The notes: a model not told the origin generated them from the letters alone. A stretch of DNA of 64,000 bases from Paraspadella gotoi (GCA_051294375.1 CM119264.1:26758847-26822846), one strand, 5' to 3'; positions 1 through 13,017 are shown, numbered from the stretch's first letter. Made by a program: numbers and translations.

Positions 1-57
1 GGAAAAAAATAGGAGGTCCAGCTGTCATAGAAACGTTTCTTAAAAATATAGGAACGA

Positions 58-176
58 GTGTGACACTAACTGTGCTACTCACAGTGTCACTAACTGTGGC
101 ATTCAAGTGTCACTAACTGTGGCATTCATAGTGTTACTAACTGTGGCATTCACAGTGTTACTAACTGAGACATTAA
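58..176. repeat. ~24-bp minisatellite CACAGTGTCACTAACTGTGGCATT, about 5 copies
   Basis: Direct head-to-tail units without unique spacers; each unit has a CACAG...CTGTG internal stem. Confidence 0.85.
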
Positions 177-739
177 TTGGCACACGATGTCACTCACACT
201 CGGATCGCGATGACCTCGATTCTTTGAAATAAAAGAAAATCGACGAAGAAGCAAACGAAAAAAGAAGAAAAAGAAAAAGAAGAAAAAAGAAGAAAAATAA
301 AAAAAGAAGAAAAAGAAAAAATAGAATAAATCGTCGATGGAATTTTCTTCTTTTTTATTCTTTTTTATTAACTTTTTTTGCTCAAAGGTCGAGTCGGAGT
401 TTTGATCCAAGCCCCGTCTGTTTGAGAAAGACAAATTTTTTTTTCCGTCGCGACCTCAAGAGGTCAACTAAAATATTAACAAAACTAAAATATTAACAAA
501 ATATCAAATGGGGGAGGAGGATAAATAGAGGAATAGATATAAGCTGAATCATCGTAAAGAGTAGAAAAATGAGAGAGAATGCGCGACCATTTCCGAGAAA
601 TCGCCCTCTTGCGGATAAACAAAGAATCAATTGGCATTCACTTCAGCGAAAGCCTCTTTTTTGTTTTATTTTTAAATTTTATTCTTCGCCTCAATTCGAA
701 ATTGAGAATCTCAATAATCTTTTTTCTTTCCCGTTCAAA

Positions 740-1226
740 TCTTCTCTCCTTCTTCCCATCTTTTCTCACCCATCGTCTCCTCCTTATCCCATCTCATTTT
801 TTCTCCCATCTTAACTCCCCTTTTTATGATATATTCCCTCTTTCATTATTTCATATCTTTGTTGCATCATACCTTCCGTTTCTAATCTTATCTTCCTCCT
901 CCCATCTCTTCTTTCTTTTCCCATCTCTTCCTTCCTCTCCCATCTCACATTTCATCTTCCTCCTCCCATCTCAATGTTTCTCCTCCATCTTATCTTCTCT
1001 CTCATATCTCTTCTTCCCTCTCCCATCTCATCTTTCTTCCATCTCAACTTCTCTCTCCCATATCTTCCTCCCATTTTTCACCCTCCCATTTCATCTTCCC
1101 TCTCTCATTTCATCTTCCCTCTCCCATCTCATCTTTTCTTTCCCATCTCATCTTCCCTCTCCCATCTCTTCTTTCCTCTCCCATATTCTTCTTATCTCCC
1201 ATCTCATCTTCCCATCTCCCATCTCT
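740..1226. repeat. Degenerate CCCATCTC-based pyrimidine satellite
   Basis: Recurrent (T)CCCATCTC(A/T) words. A related ATCCCATCTCC satellite occupies about 48340-48512 and 48840-49265. Confidence 0.75.
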
Positions 1227-1744
1227 CGTCAACAAAAACAAAAAATCATGGCCGAGTGAGAATTTTCTGTAAATAGACTTCAGGTCAGCGACTTTTCTTT
1301 TGAGTCAACGCTTTTATTGCTTTCCGGCGGATGAGGGGGCGCGAAAAAAAAGGAAAAGCGACAGAGAACAAAGAAAAAGTGGGAAAAAAAGGAAAAAATA
1401 ACAAGGGAGAAAAAGGAAATAAACGAGTAAAAAATGTTAGGAGGGATTGACTTCGAAAAAAAAAAAATAGAAAAAACTCGATAAAGAAATAAGAGAAAAC
1501 TGTTATTTCTGTTTCTCGTACGCAATTTGAATCATTTAGCTAACAAAAAATTGGCTGTGTTTTGAAAATTGGGGGGTGTTGGGGTGAAGCGGGAATTCCC
1601 GCATCAACGGAATTTAAAAAAAAGTTATTCGATCAACATCATTTTTAGCTATCACCCAGCAGTTGCATATCTGATGCCAAGGAGGGTAATTGGAAGATAT
1701 ATTAAAAGAGTCTTTTCTATTTATATTTAATTTATACTGTTTTT

Positions 1745-2110
1745 CATTAGAAGGAGTTTGAATTATTTCAAATAACGATTTTAATATTTTCAGAGAAAAA
1801 CGTACATTGGCTTTTTGTTCAAGCTTCATTCAAGCGTTAATTTGATAATGTGAAAAAGTTAAACAAATCTGTGCAAAGAAGGAGAGAAATGAGAAAAGAG
1901 AGAAAAATAGAGAGAGGGCAAAGTATTGATAAAGAGGAGCGCTAAAGGTGAGGACAGATTGAGTTAGTTTTGAAAAGGAAAAAGGAAAATGGTAAAAGAG
2001 TACAAATCAAATGTAACGCTGATGAAGGCTTGAACAAAAAGCCATGTACGTCTTTTTCCTTCTTAAAAAAAAATAAAAATCATTGTTGAATAGTTCAAAC
2101 TTCTTCTAAT
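1745..2110. repeat. Imperfect ~95-bp inverted repeat with ~170-bp purine-rich spacer (MITE-like)
   Basis: CGTACATTGGCTTTTTGTTCAAGCTTCAT..GCGTTA (1801-1839) is the reverse complement of TAACGCTGATGAAGGCTTGAACAAAAAGCCATGTACG (2013-2050). Similarity extends to ATTAGAAGGAGTTTGAA / TTCAAACTTCTTCTAAT. Confidence 0.7.
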
Positions 2111-5100
2111 TTTCATAACAACACAATGAAGAAAGAAAAGGATTATACACAATGTTATTCCATGTACATTTCATATTCAATATTCTATATGATCAAGTTC
2201 TAAAAATACAAAAAGGGGTAAATCGGTTTAAATATAAAAAAAAATTTAACTAAATCATTTTTAAATTTTTAAGGTGGTCCGATTCTTTATTAAGAGTCAA
2301 CGTGATCAATACACTCCAGAAGAAGGCACACCTTGAGGCTTGCAGGTTCTTGAATTCATTTGGTAGTAGGATTTAATATTTTCTTTTCAGTGGCGAACAG
2401 AGTGAAAGGTATATTGTGCCTGCAATGAAAGTCTTGGGTCTCAAACAATGCAGAAAAATATACAAATTTGCTAATGGATTAAGGTATTGAAATACTTGGA
2501 ATAATTCTAAAATGAGAATTATGTTTATTTGACACATCTTTTTTTATCAGGAGCAAAATCATGTGTTTAGTTATTACTGGAAGATAACGACTTGCAGACT
2601 CCAAAGTTTCTTTTGTGGAGAGATAATAGAAAATAATGGTGCTTGGCAGCTGTAACTTTTATGTTATCAAATATCCTATCCTCTCTCAAGAGGATATTTC
2701 AAAAAACAAATCATTTAATAGTTGCGCGCAGATCCAGAAATTAATGTTTTTTAAAAAATGTAATTTATTTCTTAAGTAATAAAGGCTTTTGTGAATTTTT
2801 TGTAGCTTCTCCCAATCTCCCAGCATAAAATTAAATGATATTACCTCATTTGACTTACATAAAAATTTTTTGATGGCCTGAGGAGTATACCGCGTTTACT
2901 ATGCTCATGCAGGATGACGGCTAATGGTTTTTTTTTAAAATCCTTGATAGAATAAAATTCTCTGTAAAGAAAAAAAAATTTTTTGAAGGTTCTCAAGTTT
3001 TTTAAATCGTTTTTCTCTTAGCTGAAACCGTCTAAAAAAATAAAGATGACCTGATACAAAGTCTAAAAGTTTAATTATTCCGGAAATTTGAATCCATTTG
3101 ACCTTTTAACGTTCTCGTCGAAAGAATACTATAAATACTTAAACATGATTTTTAAAGAGGGCATTGTCTATGGCTGACGTCCCTATAGCCCTTAAATNNN
3201 NNNNNNNNNNNNNNNNNNNNNNACTCTAGAATTTACTTAGACAAAGTCTTGCCACCATTTTCATTCGCTTGATCCCTTACCTTCTTCTTCGCAAGTACCC
3301 ACCTCATTTTCAACCCCCTCACCCCCACCCCCCCTCATACCACTCCCCTGCAGCATCTCTTACTGCGGCGTCCGTTGACCTTACCCTCTCCGCGTCTCCA
3401 AAACACGCGCGTCGCATCGCTTTCTCCAGCCGTATGGACGATTGCGATCTGAATCGTTCTACGCGCTGGTTTGTTTTATGTTGCGCCGGCATACGAGGGA
3501 AAGAGAGACGAGAGAGAGACGAGAGAAGAGAGAGATAGTCGAGAAGGAGAGATGAAGAGAGAGAAGAGATGAGAGAGACGAGAGATGAGAGATAGAAGCA
3601 GGATTAGGATGCTATCCCAGTTTCGTTTCACGACGTTCCTCGTGCAGAGAGGTGGGCATGAAAAAAACAGACTCTCGAGAGAGGAGCACGACGAGAGACG
3701 GAGCAGAGAGAGAGAGACTGAGAGAGAGAGAAGAGATGAGAGAGAGAGGCATTAAAAGGAGTAATCAGGGACGTCAGCCAAAAACGTTGCACGAAACAAA
3801 ATCTGGAAAATCTTTGCTTATCTGAACGTCCTTATCCAGTCTGACAACTGTTTCAATTTTCAAACTTCCTACCTAAACGGCAGATAATGTTATATATATG
3901 AAACCAAATTTTTAGTCTTATAGCCACCACACTAGCCACTGCATTGCGTCTCTCTCTAAAAAGTTAAAACTCTCACATTAAACCTCCCTTCAGGCCGGCC
4001 TCGTCAAAATGCTTATCTAAAGTAACATTTAAAAAAAAAAGGAAAATTTCACATCAGTTTTATATAGATGTTAAAGTTTTCACTGCAAACAAAATAACGA
4101 AATAAATAAACCCAATTTCCGATGAAGATGCATTTCCTATAAAGTAACTCCTCTTCTGTTACGAATCAAGCGATTACTTGTATTATTTTGTTAATTTAAG
4201 GGTCTCGACGACTATAATCTTGAAAAGATTTTAATCTTCTCTCTGTTTTAAGGGGACCAATGGAGTAAGGGTTAAAGAAAAAATATTTAGGTGGGTTAAA
4301 ATACAGCAAAACTTTCTAGCAGTTGTAATAGACGAAAAAGGGGCGAAGGGGTGAGGCCTAGGGTAAGTTCAAGGGGATCGTGACGAGTGAGTGACGAGAG
4401 ATGTAAAATCTGTCGTCGGATGTTAGAGCCGAAAGATCAAGAGCAGGTTCGGGGGTTCTAGACTGAGAGTTTCTCTTGGTTGGCGAAGGAAGATTAAACG
4501 TCGTCAGGGTCAGCGATAAACTAGAGTTTACGATTGCGCATGCGCCGAGGTTATAGAGATACAGTATAGAGAGTGAAACTCCGAGTGTTGGTTCTGGCAA
4601 CGAAGGCGACGCTAGATGTCTTGTTTTCTTTCTTAGTTACATTGTCCGTTGTTGTCGTTGTCAACGCTGACGTCGGCAACAAAAGCAAAACAAATTCTGA
4701 CTCCGTTGCAAGATGTCGCTTTCAGAGCAAAAGTCGAAGCAGATGGCGATTCCGGGCGTCTGCGTCGAAGCAGAAGCCAGTCGGGAAACAGAGGAGACGG
4801 GGCAGTATGACAAAAAAACGAAACAGATGTTAAAAGACGAAACAGATGCCGCATATGAAACAGATGCTCGCGAATTCGGCGACGCGAAAGTCGACGTCAT
4901 TTTCGATTATTTTGATTCGAGTTGAAGAAATTCAGATTCGCGTCACTGAATCACGTGATTGACAAGAACCGACATCACCGTTACATCTTGAGACGCGTCA
5001 CAACTGCGTCATTGTCACGCCAATGAGAGCGTTATTGTGATATTCGAGCCGACAATTTCAGCCAAGAGACAGTGACGCCAACGACAGCGTCATTGTGACC

Positions 5101-5567
5101 TTCGTGCCAACCACTGTGTGATGATTCTCGCGCCAATGTAAGCGATATGATACGATTCACCGACCTCCTCGATCAGTGATTAACCGTGACGTGAGACTCC
5201 GACGTCGAAGTCATTCATTTTCTCTGCGACGTTCGACTTAGCGTCACACCGCGCGTCATTTTTAATCTCGTCGCGACCGCGTGAGCTCAACCAGCTCAAC
5301 TGGTCTCCGATTCTCACCAAATTCTTTCTAATCGATCTAATGGATCCAGCCGATTCACCCACGTCACGCACAAAATGTTAACTCACCTTCTGATGACCTA
5401 CTTACTTACTTCTTCTTCTCTCCTTTTCTTCTTCTTCTTCCTTCCTTCATGCAAATTAAGTTGTGAATCAATCGTCGAGCGGAAAACCGGATCTTTTTTC
5501 GTCCTTCTCTGCGGCCGGAACCGGAAATAGTCTTCGGTGGGCGTGACCGAGAGAGAGAGAGAGGAGC

Positions 5568-5677
<110 letters not shown>

Positions 5678-6048
5678 ATGAGGAATCGTTTTTCTTCCAC
5701 GGTCGAGCGTCAAGGTCTTCGTCGTAGCGAATTCAGTTTTCAAATTTGAAAAAAAAAAAAGATTGAAAGCATGTTTGTGCCATTTTCGCCCCTTTTTTCT
5801 TCCCTTTTTTCTTTCTTTATTTTCCTTTATTCCTTTTTTTTTCTCCCTGTTTTCCTTTCCTAATTGATTCTTTCCCAAACGAATCGAATCTTTCCCCGAA
5901 AAAAATTTCAATTCCTCCGACGGATCCTAAGTCTTAACTCAAGATTCTTTTTTCGAGCCTCAATCCTCAACCAAGCCTTTTTTTTTTCCTTTCTTTCCTC
6001 TTCTCTCTCTCTTCTCTCTCTCTCTCTCCTCTCCTCTCTCTCTTCTCT

Positions 6049-6149
<101 letters not shown>

Positions 6150-6785
6150 TGACCTGGCATTGTATTAACCTAGTATGTTGGAACTTTAAAGCATCATCGT
6201 TATCTTTTTAAATTCGATAGGTACCTTTTGTTTTCTTTCGTGGATCTCTCGTGGAACTCCGATGTTCTTTTCATTTCTTTCCCCCCCCCCGATTTTCCCC
6301 TTTTTTATTTTCCCCTGTTTGTTTTTCCCTCTTTTCTCTTCTCATTCATGCTTTATCGAATTCATTCCCTTTTTCTATTTTCGGATTTGTTTTTCTACTT
6401 AACCTTTTTCTTCAGGACTCATTACTCGCGCCTTTTTTCTCCTTCATTCTCCTTCCTTCCTTTTTCCTTTTCTCTTTACCTTCCTTTTCCTTTTTCTTGT
6501 TCTTTTTTTTCAGTTTCTTCTTTCCCTTTTTTTTCTGTTATCCGATATCGTTTCACTTTATTATTTTGTTTTATATTCCTTCTCTTTTTTTTCATTATTG
6601 TTATTATTATTTTTTATTCATTCTTTTCTTTTTTTTTCCTTTCATTTTCTTTGCTCCTTTTCTTATCCTTTTTTCTTCCTTTTTTCTTCATCCGCAGTCA
6701 GAGTCTCTTCGTGTTCAACCCTTTCCCATCCAAAGGCGACAGCGAGCGATCAATTCTTCCCAAAATCTATGGTGCAACTATGAAG

Positions 6786-6845
<60 letters not shown>

Positions 6846-7015
6846 CTCTCTTCTCTTCCCCAAGACGCAGAGGAAAAAAAAAAGAAGCAGGTTTGATGAC
6901 GAGTAACACGTAAAACTGCAATCAGACAAAAATGGGGGAAACAATTGGTTCGACGTCATCAGCGGCATGGAATCGGCAGAAGCGAAATGAAACTCAAGAC
7001 CGAAGATGTGGGGAG

Positions 7016-7107
<92 letters not shown>

Positions 7108-7620
7108 AACAAGGAGAGTGAGAGGGTGGTCCCCACGACGCGGCTGGTCTCCGCCAATGTTGACATTTCCTTCTTGAAACGATTTTTCTTGATTTTAATT
7201 TTTTTTTCCTTATTTTCTTTTCGTCTCGTAGATTCAGTTGTCTTTCGTAGCGGGTAATCTGGAGAAACTCGAAGGAAAACTGAGATTGTAATTATATTTA
7301 CATCTTTGTTCTTTTATTAGTTTTTGTTTTTACGATCAAAATTGATATAAAAAATGTCTCCCTTTTTTTTTTTTCGTTTGTTTTCTTCCATTTTTTTCTT
7401 TTTTCTCTCGAATTCTATTTTTATTCTATTCTTTTCTTCTTTTCATTTCATGCGGATTTTTTTCTCTTTCTTTTTTTTCTCTTTCTTTTTTTCTCTTTCT
7501 TTTTTCCCTTCGCTTACATCTTTCTCTCCCCCTTTTCTTCATTCTCTTCTTCATACAAAATCAATTCCACGAATAATTTTTATGCATCATTTCCTTTCTC
7601 TTCTTTCCGGGCTCCTCTCC

Positions 7621-7795
7621 TTTCCTTTCCTCTCTTTTCTTCTGGTTTCCTCTCCTTTCCTTTTCTCTCTTTTCTTCTGGTTTCCTCTCCTTTCCTTTCC
7701 TCTCTTTTCTTCTGGTTTCCTCTCCTTTCCTTTCTTCTCTTTTCTTCTGGTTTCCTCTCCTTTCCTTTCCTCTTTTTTCTTCTGGTTCCTTTCCT
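7621..7795. repeat. 35-bp pyrimidine minisatellite, 5 copies
   Basis: Unit TTTCCTTTCCTCTCTTTTCTTCTGGTTTCCTCTCC repeated with few substitutions. Confidence 0.85.
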
Positions 7796-8126
7796 TTCCC
7801 TTCCTTTTTTCCCTCCACCCGCACAACTTTCTAACCCTGCTCCTATTTTTTCCTTTGGTTCATAGTCATCCCTTATATTTATGTGGGGTAATTTTTCCTT
7901 TCTTTTCTTTTCCTTTTTTGTCAGATAATTCTTTCCCTTTTTGTGCGGAAGCTTTTGTTCCCGGCGTTTTCACCTTTCTCGGCATTTTCCTGGCGTTTTT
8001 TCGGCGTTTGAATTCGGCACGACTCGTTTCCAAACTCGTTCCCAAAGTTCATTGCGCTATTTTTTAAAACGACCAAAAAAAATTGAACAAAAAAAAGGAC
8101 AAAAGCATAAGAAAATAACCAACAGC

Positions 8127-8183
<57 letters not shown>

Positions 8184-9593
8184 TCTCTCTCTCTCTCTCT
8201 TCGTTTTCCTTCGAATTTTTTTGACTTTCGGCTTGATCATTTCCAGGTTCTCTCTCTCTCTCTCTCTCTTTCCTTTTTTACTGTTTTCTCCCTTCGTTTG
8301 TTTTTCCTCTTCTCCCCTTTTCCCCTCCCTTCTCTCTCTTCTCCCTTTCCTCTCCCCATTCTTTTCCTTCCTCTCCCCATTCTTTCCTTTCCTCCCCCAT
8401 CAAACCGTCGTTCCTCTTTAGTTAAACACTTTTCCCCCTTTTCATGCGATTCGGTCATTGCCGGCATCATTATCTTGTCTTTTCTAGATAGGGGTCATAA
8501 ACATCATCATTTTCAACGTCCCTCGCGCCGCCGCCGCCGTCGTCGTCGTCATCGTCGTCGTCCCCGTCGTCGTCCCCGTCGTCATCGTCGTCGTCCCCGT
8601 CGTCATGGGCGTCATTTCCATAATCGTCGTCGTCAACATTCTCACCAGGCTCTGGTCGTTGTTGTAGCCCCGCAACGGGCATTGGCGGTTGACTCCACTT
8701 TGCCGAGACTCCTCCAGCATTAGTCGTCTTCCGTGCTATCATTGTCGGCTTGAGTTGGAACGGAAGTCGGTTATTGTTCTCAATTACGCATCGGGCGTTC
8801 GTTGTTGTTGTTTTCTACGATCTCGTCGTAGCGAATATCTCCGACGAGGGAACCTAGTACATCCTAGAAAGCGCTATCTAATTATTTTTTTTTCCCTATT
8901 TAATTCTTATCTTTTTTTTCTTCGTAATGAATTTAAAAGGGAGGACGTAGAGGGGGATAAAAAAATTGAGTTTCGAATTACGCCTCGCCATTAACGTCGT
9001 TACCGTTTGCATAATCGGTTTTTTTTTTCCTTCGGTCTTTTGTTTCTAATTTTTTCTGAAACGCCGTAAGATGTCTCGGCCCGTTTATTTCTCTTCGCGT
9101 TTTTTCGCGCGTTCTCCTTTTTTTTCCTATTACATTTAGACGTCGTAAAAAGAATCACTTAAGACGAACATTCGTGAATATTGACCTTAATTTCCATTTT
9201 TCAATTTTTTTTAATATTGTTAATTTGCTCTAGTTTGACTGTTTTCATTTTATTCCAAAACTATTCGACTTGTTTTCGACCTGCTATACACCGCTTAATT
9301 TCTTTTCTTTTTCATTTTTTATTACTCCGACTGCGGTATCTTGATTCTTATTTTATGTATATTTAAATATTTAAACCATTTAGATTTTTTTCATACTCTG
9401 ACTTACAAACCGTGTGTAAAATACCTAATATAATTCGATCAACTACTGTAATCATTCATTTTATTTTTAAAATCGTGAAATATAAAAACGACGTGTTTTT
9501 AAAATTGAAAAACATAATAATTATAAACATTTATAAATACACCCGAACTCAACGTGAAACAAAAGACTAATTCAACATCCCTTTTCCTTCCAG

Positions 9594-9708
9594 TTTCGCC
9601 TCCTCTGCTTCGGGCGGAGTTCTCCAAGTTCGCGAGGGAGACAAACTCAACTTCATCTGTCCTCATCATCCCAACGGAACCGTCGATACGTTTCCCAGAG
9701 TTTATCTC
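9594..9708 (+). CDS. Efn: Ephrin, internal coding exon (start of receptor-binding domain)
   Basis: Polypyrimidine+CAG acceptor at 9591-9593 and GTGAGT donor at 9709. Reads (x)FASSASGGVLQVREGDKLNFICPHHPNGTVDTFPRVYL, matching the ephrin 'V..GDKLD/N.ICP' motif with the first conserved Cys. Phase 2 in, phase 0 out. Not in the ORF track. Confidence 0.88.
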
Positions 9709-9717
9709 GTGAGTATC

Positions 9718-9852
9718 GGAGGTGGTGAAGGGGTTGTGAGAAGGAGGTGGTGAAGGGGTTGTGAAAGAAGGTGGTGAAGGGGTTGTGAAAGGAGGTGGTG
9801 AAGGGGTTGTGAAATGAGGTGGTGAAGGGGTAAGAAGAGGCTGTGAAGGGGC
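9718..9852. repeat. 24-bp G-rich minisatellite in an ephrin intron
   Basis: GAGGTGGTGAAGGGGTTGTGAAAG-like unit, about 5 copies, immediately after the 9709 donor. Confidence 0.85.
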
Positions 9853-10262
9853 TGCAAAGTAGGTGAAGATTGAACAGTGATCTTTCTCTTGTGAGAGTCA
9901 GACTTTTTTTGATAATTTTTAAAAGTTTTTCCTGAGATTTTTTGGAAGAGAGAAATATTGTGAAGAGTTGTGAGTTGTGACCGTGGTCATTTGAGAGAAT
10001 GTGAATGGTATTACACGGAATTAGGTAAAAGTTGTACAATGTACATATTCGTCTTTTAGATTTAGTTTTCAGTTTATTTCTCTAAAGTCACAACAGAAAT
10101 GGCAAATCTGCCATTGTCTCTCTCGCTACCTGAAAGTCGGTGCTAATTGCTGTTAGTCGTTGCGTAATGGCGTTCTTTACCTCGATCACGCCTCCGATTT
10201 CCGCCGGCCTTTTTGTCTCTCTCTCTCTCTCTGTCTTCTCCACTCTCTCTCTGTCTGTCTCA

Positions 10263-10296
<34 letters not shown>

Positions 10297-10330
10297 CTCT
10301 CTCTCTCTTCTCTCTCTCTCTCTCTCTCTC

Positions 10331-10365
<35 letters not shown>

Positions 10366-10462
10366 AGTTCTCACTTTCTTTTGTCTTTTTAAGCTTCCGT
10401 TGATTTCGTCTTCTGTTTTTTCTCTTCTCAAGTTTCTGCTCATATCTCTCTCTCTCTCTCTT

Positions 10463-10509
<47 letters not shown>

Positions 10510-10704
10510 CTCTCTTTTTTTCCTTCCTTCTTTCTAAATTCAACAAATTGAATTCATTAAAAAGATCGAAGTAAACAAAAGGGAAACTCGAGGCGGATGT
10601 AAACATTGGACTCGTAAAGCAAACAACTTTAAAACTCGTCGCCGAGATCAAGACAACGACAACAACAACAACAACTGTCCAACCTAGAAAGTGGAAGGTG
10701 ATTT

Positions 10705-10762
<58 letters not shown>

Positions 10763-10831
10763 TTTCTTTCTTTTCTTCTTTCTTTCTTTCTTTTTCTTCT
10801 TTCTTTCTTTCTTCTTTTCTTTCTTTTTTTT

Positions 10832-10895
<64 letters not shown>

Positions 10896-11698
10896 TCACT
10901 CTCTCTCTCTCTCGCTTTCTCTCGTTTTCTATTTTTTTCTCTCTCTTTCCATTTCTCTCCCTCGCTTTGGAAGTGAGAGGAACCCCAGGCGAAGGGGGCG
11001 TGTCCCGCTGTCACTATTTGTCACACCGGCGTGTCAAGAGACTGCCACGACCTGACACGTCGTGTCGTTTGTGAAAGATTCGTGCTCTTTTGCTTCGTCC
11101 ACAAAATTCTTGGCTCAGGTTTTTTTTTTTTGTTGAATAAATATTTTAAAATATTTTTCTGAAGAGAATTCCTTTGTCTTTTTTCTTTCTCATCTTCACG
11201 CAGTCTTTGTTTTCAAACTTTGGCACGTTGCTAATAAGTGATCATCCGTTGGGCAAAATAAACTGTTTCCCCATTTCCAAAGTTGTTCGCTCTCGCTTAG
11301 GTCATGGTCAAGTGGTCCGTGCTGATTTTGAAACAGCTTTAGTTTACAGTTTGTTTTAGATTCGAATCTTAATCCTCTTGGTTTTCTTGTTTGATTTTAG
11401 AACCAATCACTATTTTCATCGCCTCAGATCTGAGTTATGATGCACTAAATAGTTAAGAGACGACGAAACAACCTTAGATTTTTCAATATATAAGGCATTT
11501 TTTGGAGTTTTATCCATTCACCAATTTCTATATAGATACAAAAGTATAAGTCAAAAGAAAACTGATAATTCAAAAGAAAATAAAAGAACAAAACGCATAA
11601 TTTAAAGAATTATATTTATAATACAAATGTCTTTCCGAGAAACTAAACTAACTTCCCCTCTACCCATCCACCCCACCCTTTGCCCCTCCCCCAATCAG

Positions 11699-11838
11699 GT
11701 GACTCGCCGCGAATTCGACAACTGCCACATCGACTACAACGAACCGTTGAAGACTCGTTGGGTGTTCGACTGTAACCGGCCGGAGAAGAACAGCGTGTTT
11801 ACCACGATCGTCAAGCAGTTCAACCCACAACCGCGCGG
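11699..11838 (+). CDS. Efn: Ephrin, internal coding exon (RBD core and G-H loop)
   Basis: CAG acceptor at 11696-11698 and GTAAG donor at 11839. Reads VTRREFDNCHIDYNEPLKTRWVFDCNRPEKNSVFTTIVKQFNPQPR(G): ephrin Cys2, Cys3 (CNRP) and the FT...F.P.P.G loop. Phase 0 in matches the previous exon; phase 2 out. Confidence 0.92.
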
Positions 11839-12278
11839 GTAAGGAGCCCAGTTATGATTATTTATAGTTAGTATTTATATATACAGTTATATATTTGTTA
11901 TAGTAAGGTTATAGTTATTAATATTAAGTTTAGGTCCAAGTTTTAAAACATTTATAGATATTGAATAAAGCGAAAGGGAAGAACTACTATGAAATAATCC
12001 ATTCATTGTATGAATAAGGTATTTTAGTCCTGACTTTGGACGAGCTATGTTGAGTTAAGCCCTCCATCCCTCTGAGTAAAATGACCCTGCAAGCTTTCAA
12101 TCAAGACTCTCTAACACTCTCTCATATAAACTCCCAGAGCACCCAGCTTTAAACATACCTTTCAATATAGTGTTTCTAGATTTTTAACATTAGTTTCGTA
12201 AAGTTAAACCAAAACCTTTACATTTTCTCCTCCCACCCCAACTTCAACCCTTTCCTACCTTCCTCTCTCCCATCCCAG

Positions 12279-13017
12279 GTTACAGTTCGAGCCGTGCATG
12301 GACTACTACTTCATAACGATCTTCTTAAACAAACGTGACAGTCAAGGCAGTCAGAGCGGCAGCGGCGGCGCCCGTCGCCGCGGCGGCAGAGGCGGCCGCG
12401 GCGGACGCGGCGACAACAGCAACAACCTCTCCTCTTCCTCTTCCTCCACCTCCTCCTCGAGCGGCTACCCCGGCGCCCTCAGATGCGCGAACAACCGGCG
12501 CCACATGCGCCTCAGGATCAGCGTCTGTTGCGCCGAGCCCAAGAAGCCCTGTTGGCACCCGAACCGGCTGCCCGGCGATTACGAGGAGCCCTCTCAGTCG
12601 GACAAGCCCTCGTCGGGCAGGCACGAGCCCGGCCGCGGCGCTGCGGGTGGATCCAACGTCATCCTTCCCTTTCCCTTCACGACGCCGAAATCGACGTCCT
12701 TGCCCGAATTCGGGATCGAGCAAGGCGTCGAGACCGACATGCGCTTTACCGACAAAAATCTCATCCCCGTCGTCCAGGCCTACATCACGGAGAAGGATCA
12801 GCGCAAGGCCGAGGCGCAGAGCGGCGCCGCATCGATCCACTGCGGCCCGACGCTGCGACGCCGCGCCGACGCCGCCGTTCCTGGGCTGCTCCTCCGGACG
12901 CTCCTCTTTCTCCTCCAGACTTTAGTCTCCTTGGAAACGTGGGTCGCCTCGGCGACGACGACGTCAACGACGACGATGATGACGACGATCGCGACGACGA
13001 CGTGGTTGGCGAGGTAG
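12279..13017 (+). CDS. Efn: Ephrin, last coding exon (end of RBD, linker, C-terminal hydrophobic segment)
   Basis: CAG acceptor at 12276-12278; GG+G completes Gly. Continues LQFEPCMDYYFIT...LRCANNRRHMRLRISVCC, matching the ephrin GLEF..G.DYYFIS...C....M.L...VCC pattern. Hydrophobic AVPGLLLRTLLFLLQTLVSL near the end; stop TAG at 13015-13017. GC-rich, coding-like composition. Confidence 0.9.

Noticed and set aside
58-176. Partly palindromic 24-bp repeats resembling a CRISPR array
   Set aside because: The units are contiguous with no unique spacers, there are no cas genes, and the context is eukaryotic.
4358-5371. Several 60-90 aa ORFs in a CpG-rich block
   Set aside because: No homology recognised and no consistent splice sites; probably ephrin upstream or intronic sequence.
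8720-8860. 'LSWNGSR' segment as candidate ephrin exon 1
   Set aside because: An in-frame stop lies shortly upstream with no ATG or clear acceptor, and the only phase-2 donor (GTTATT) is poor.
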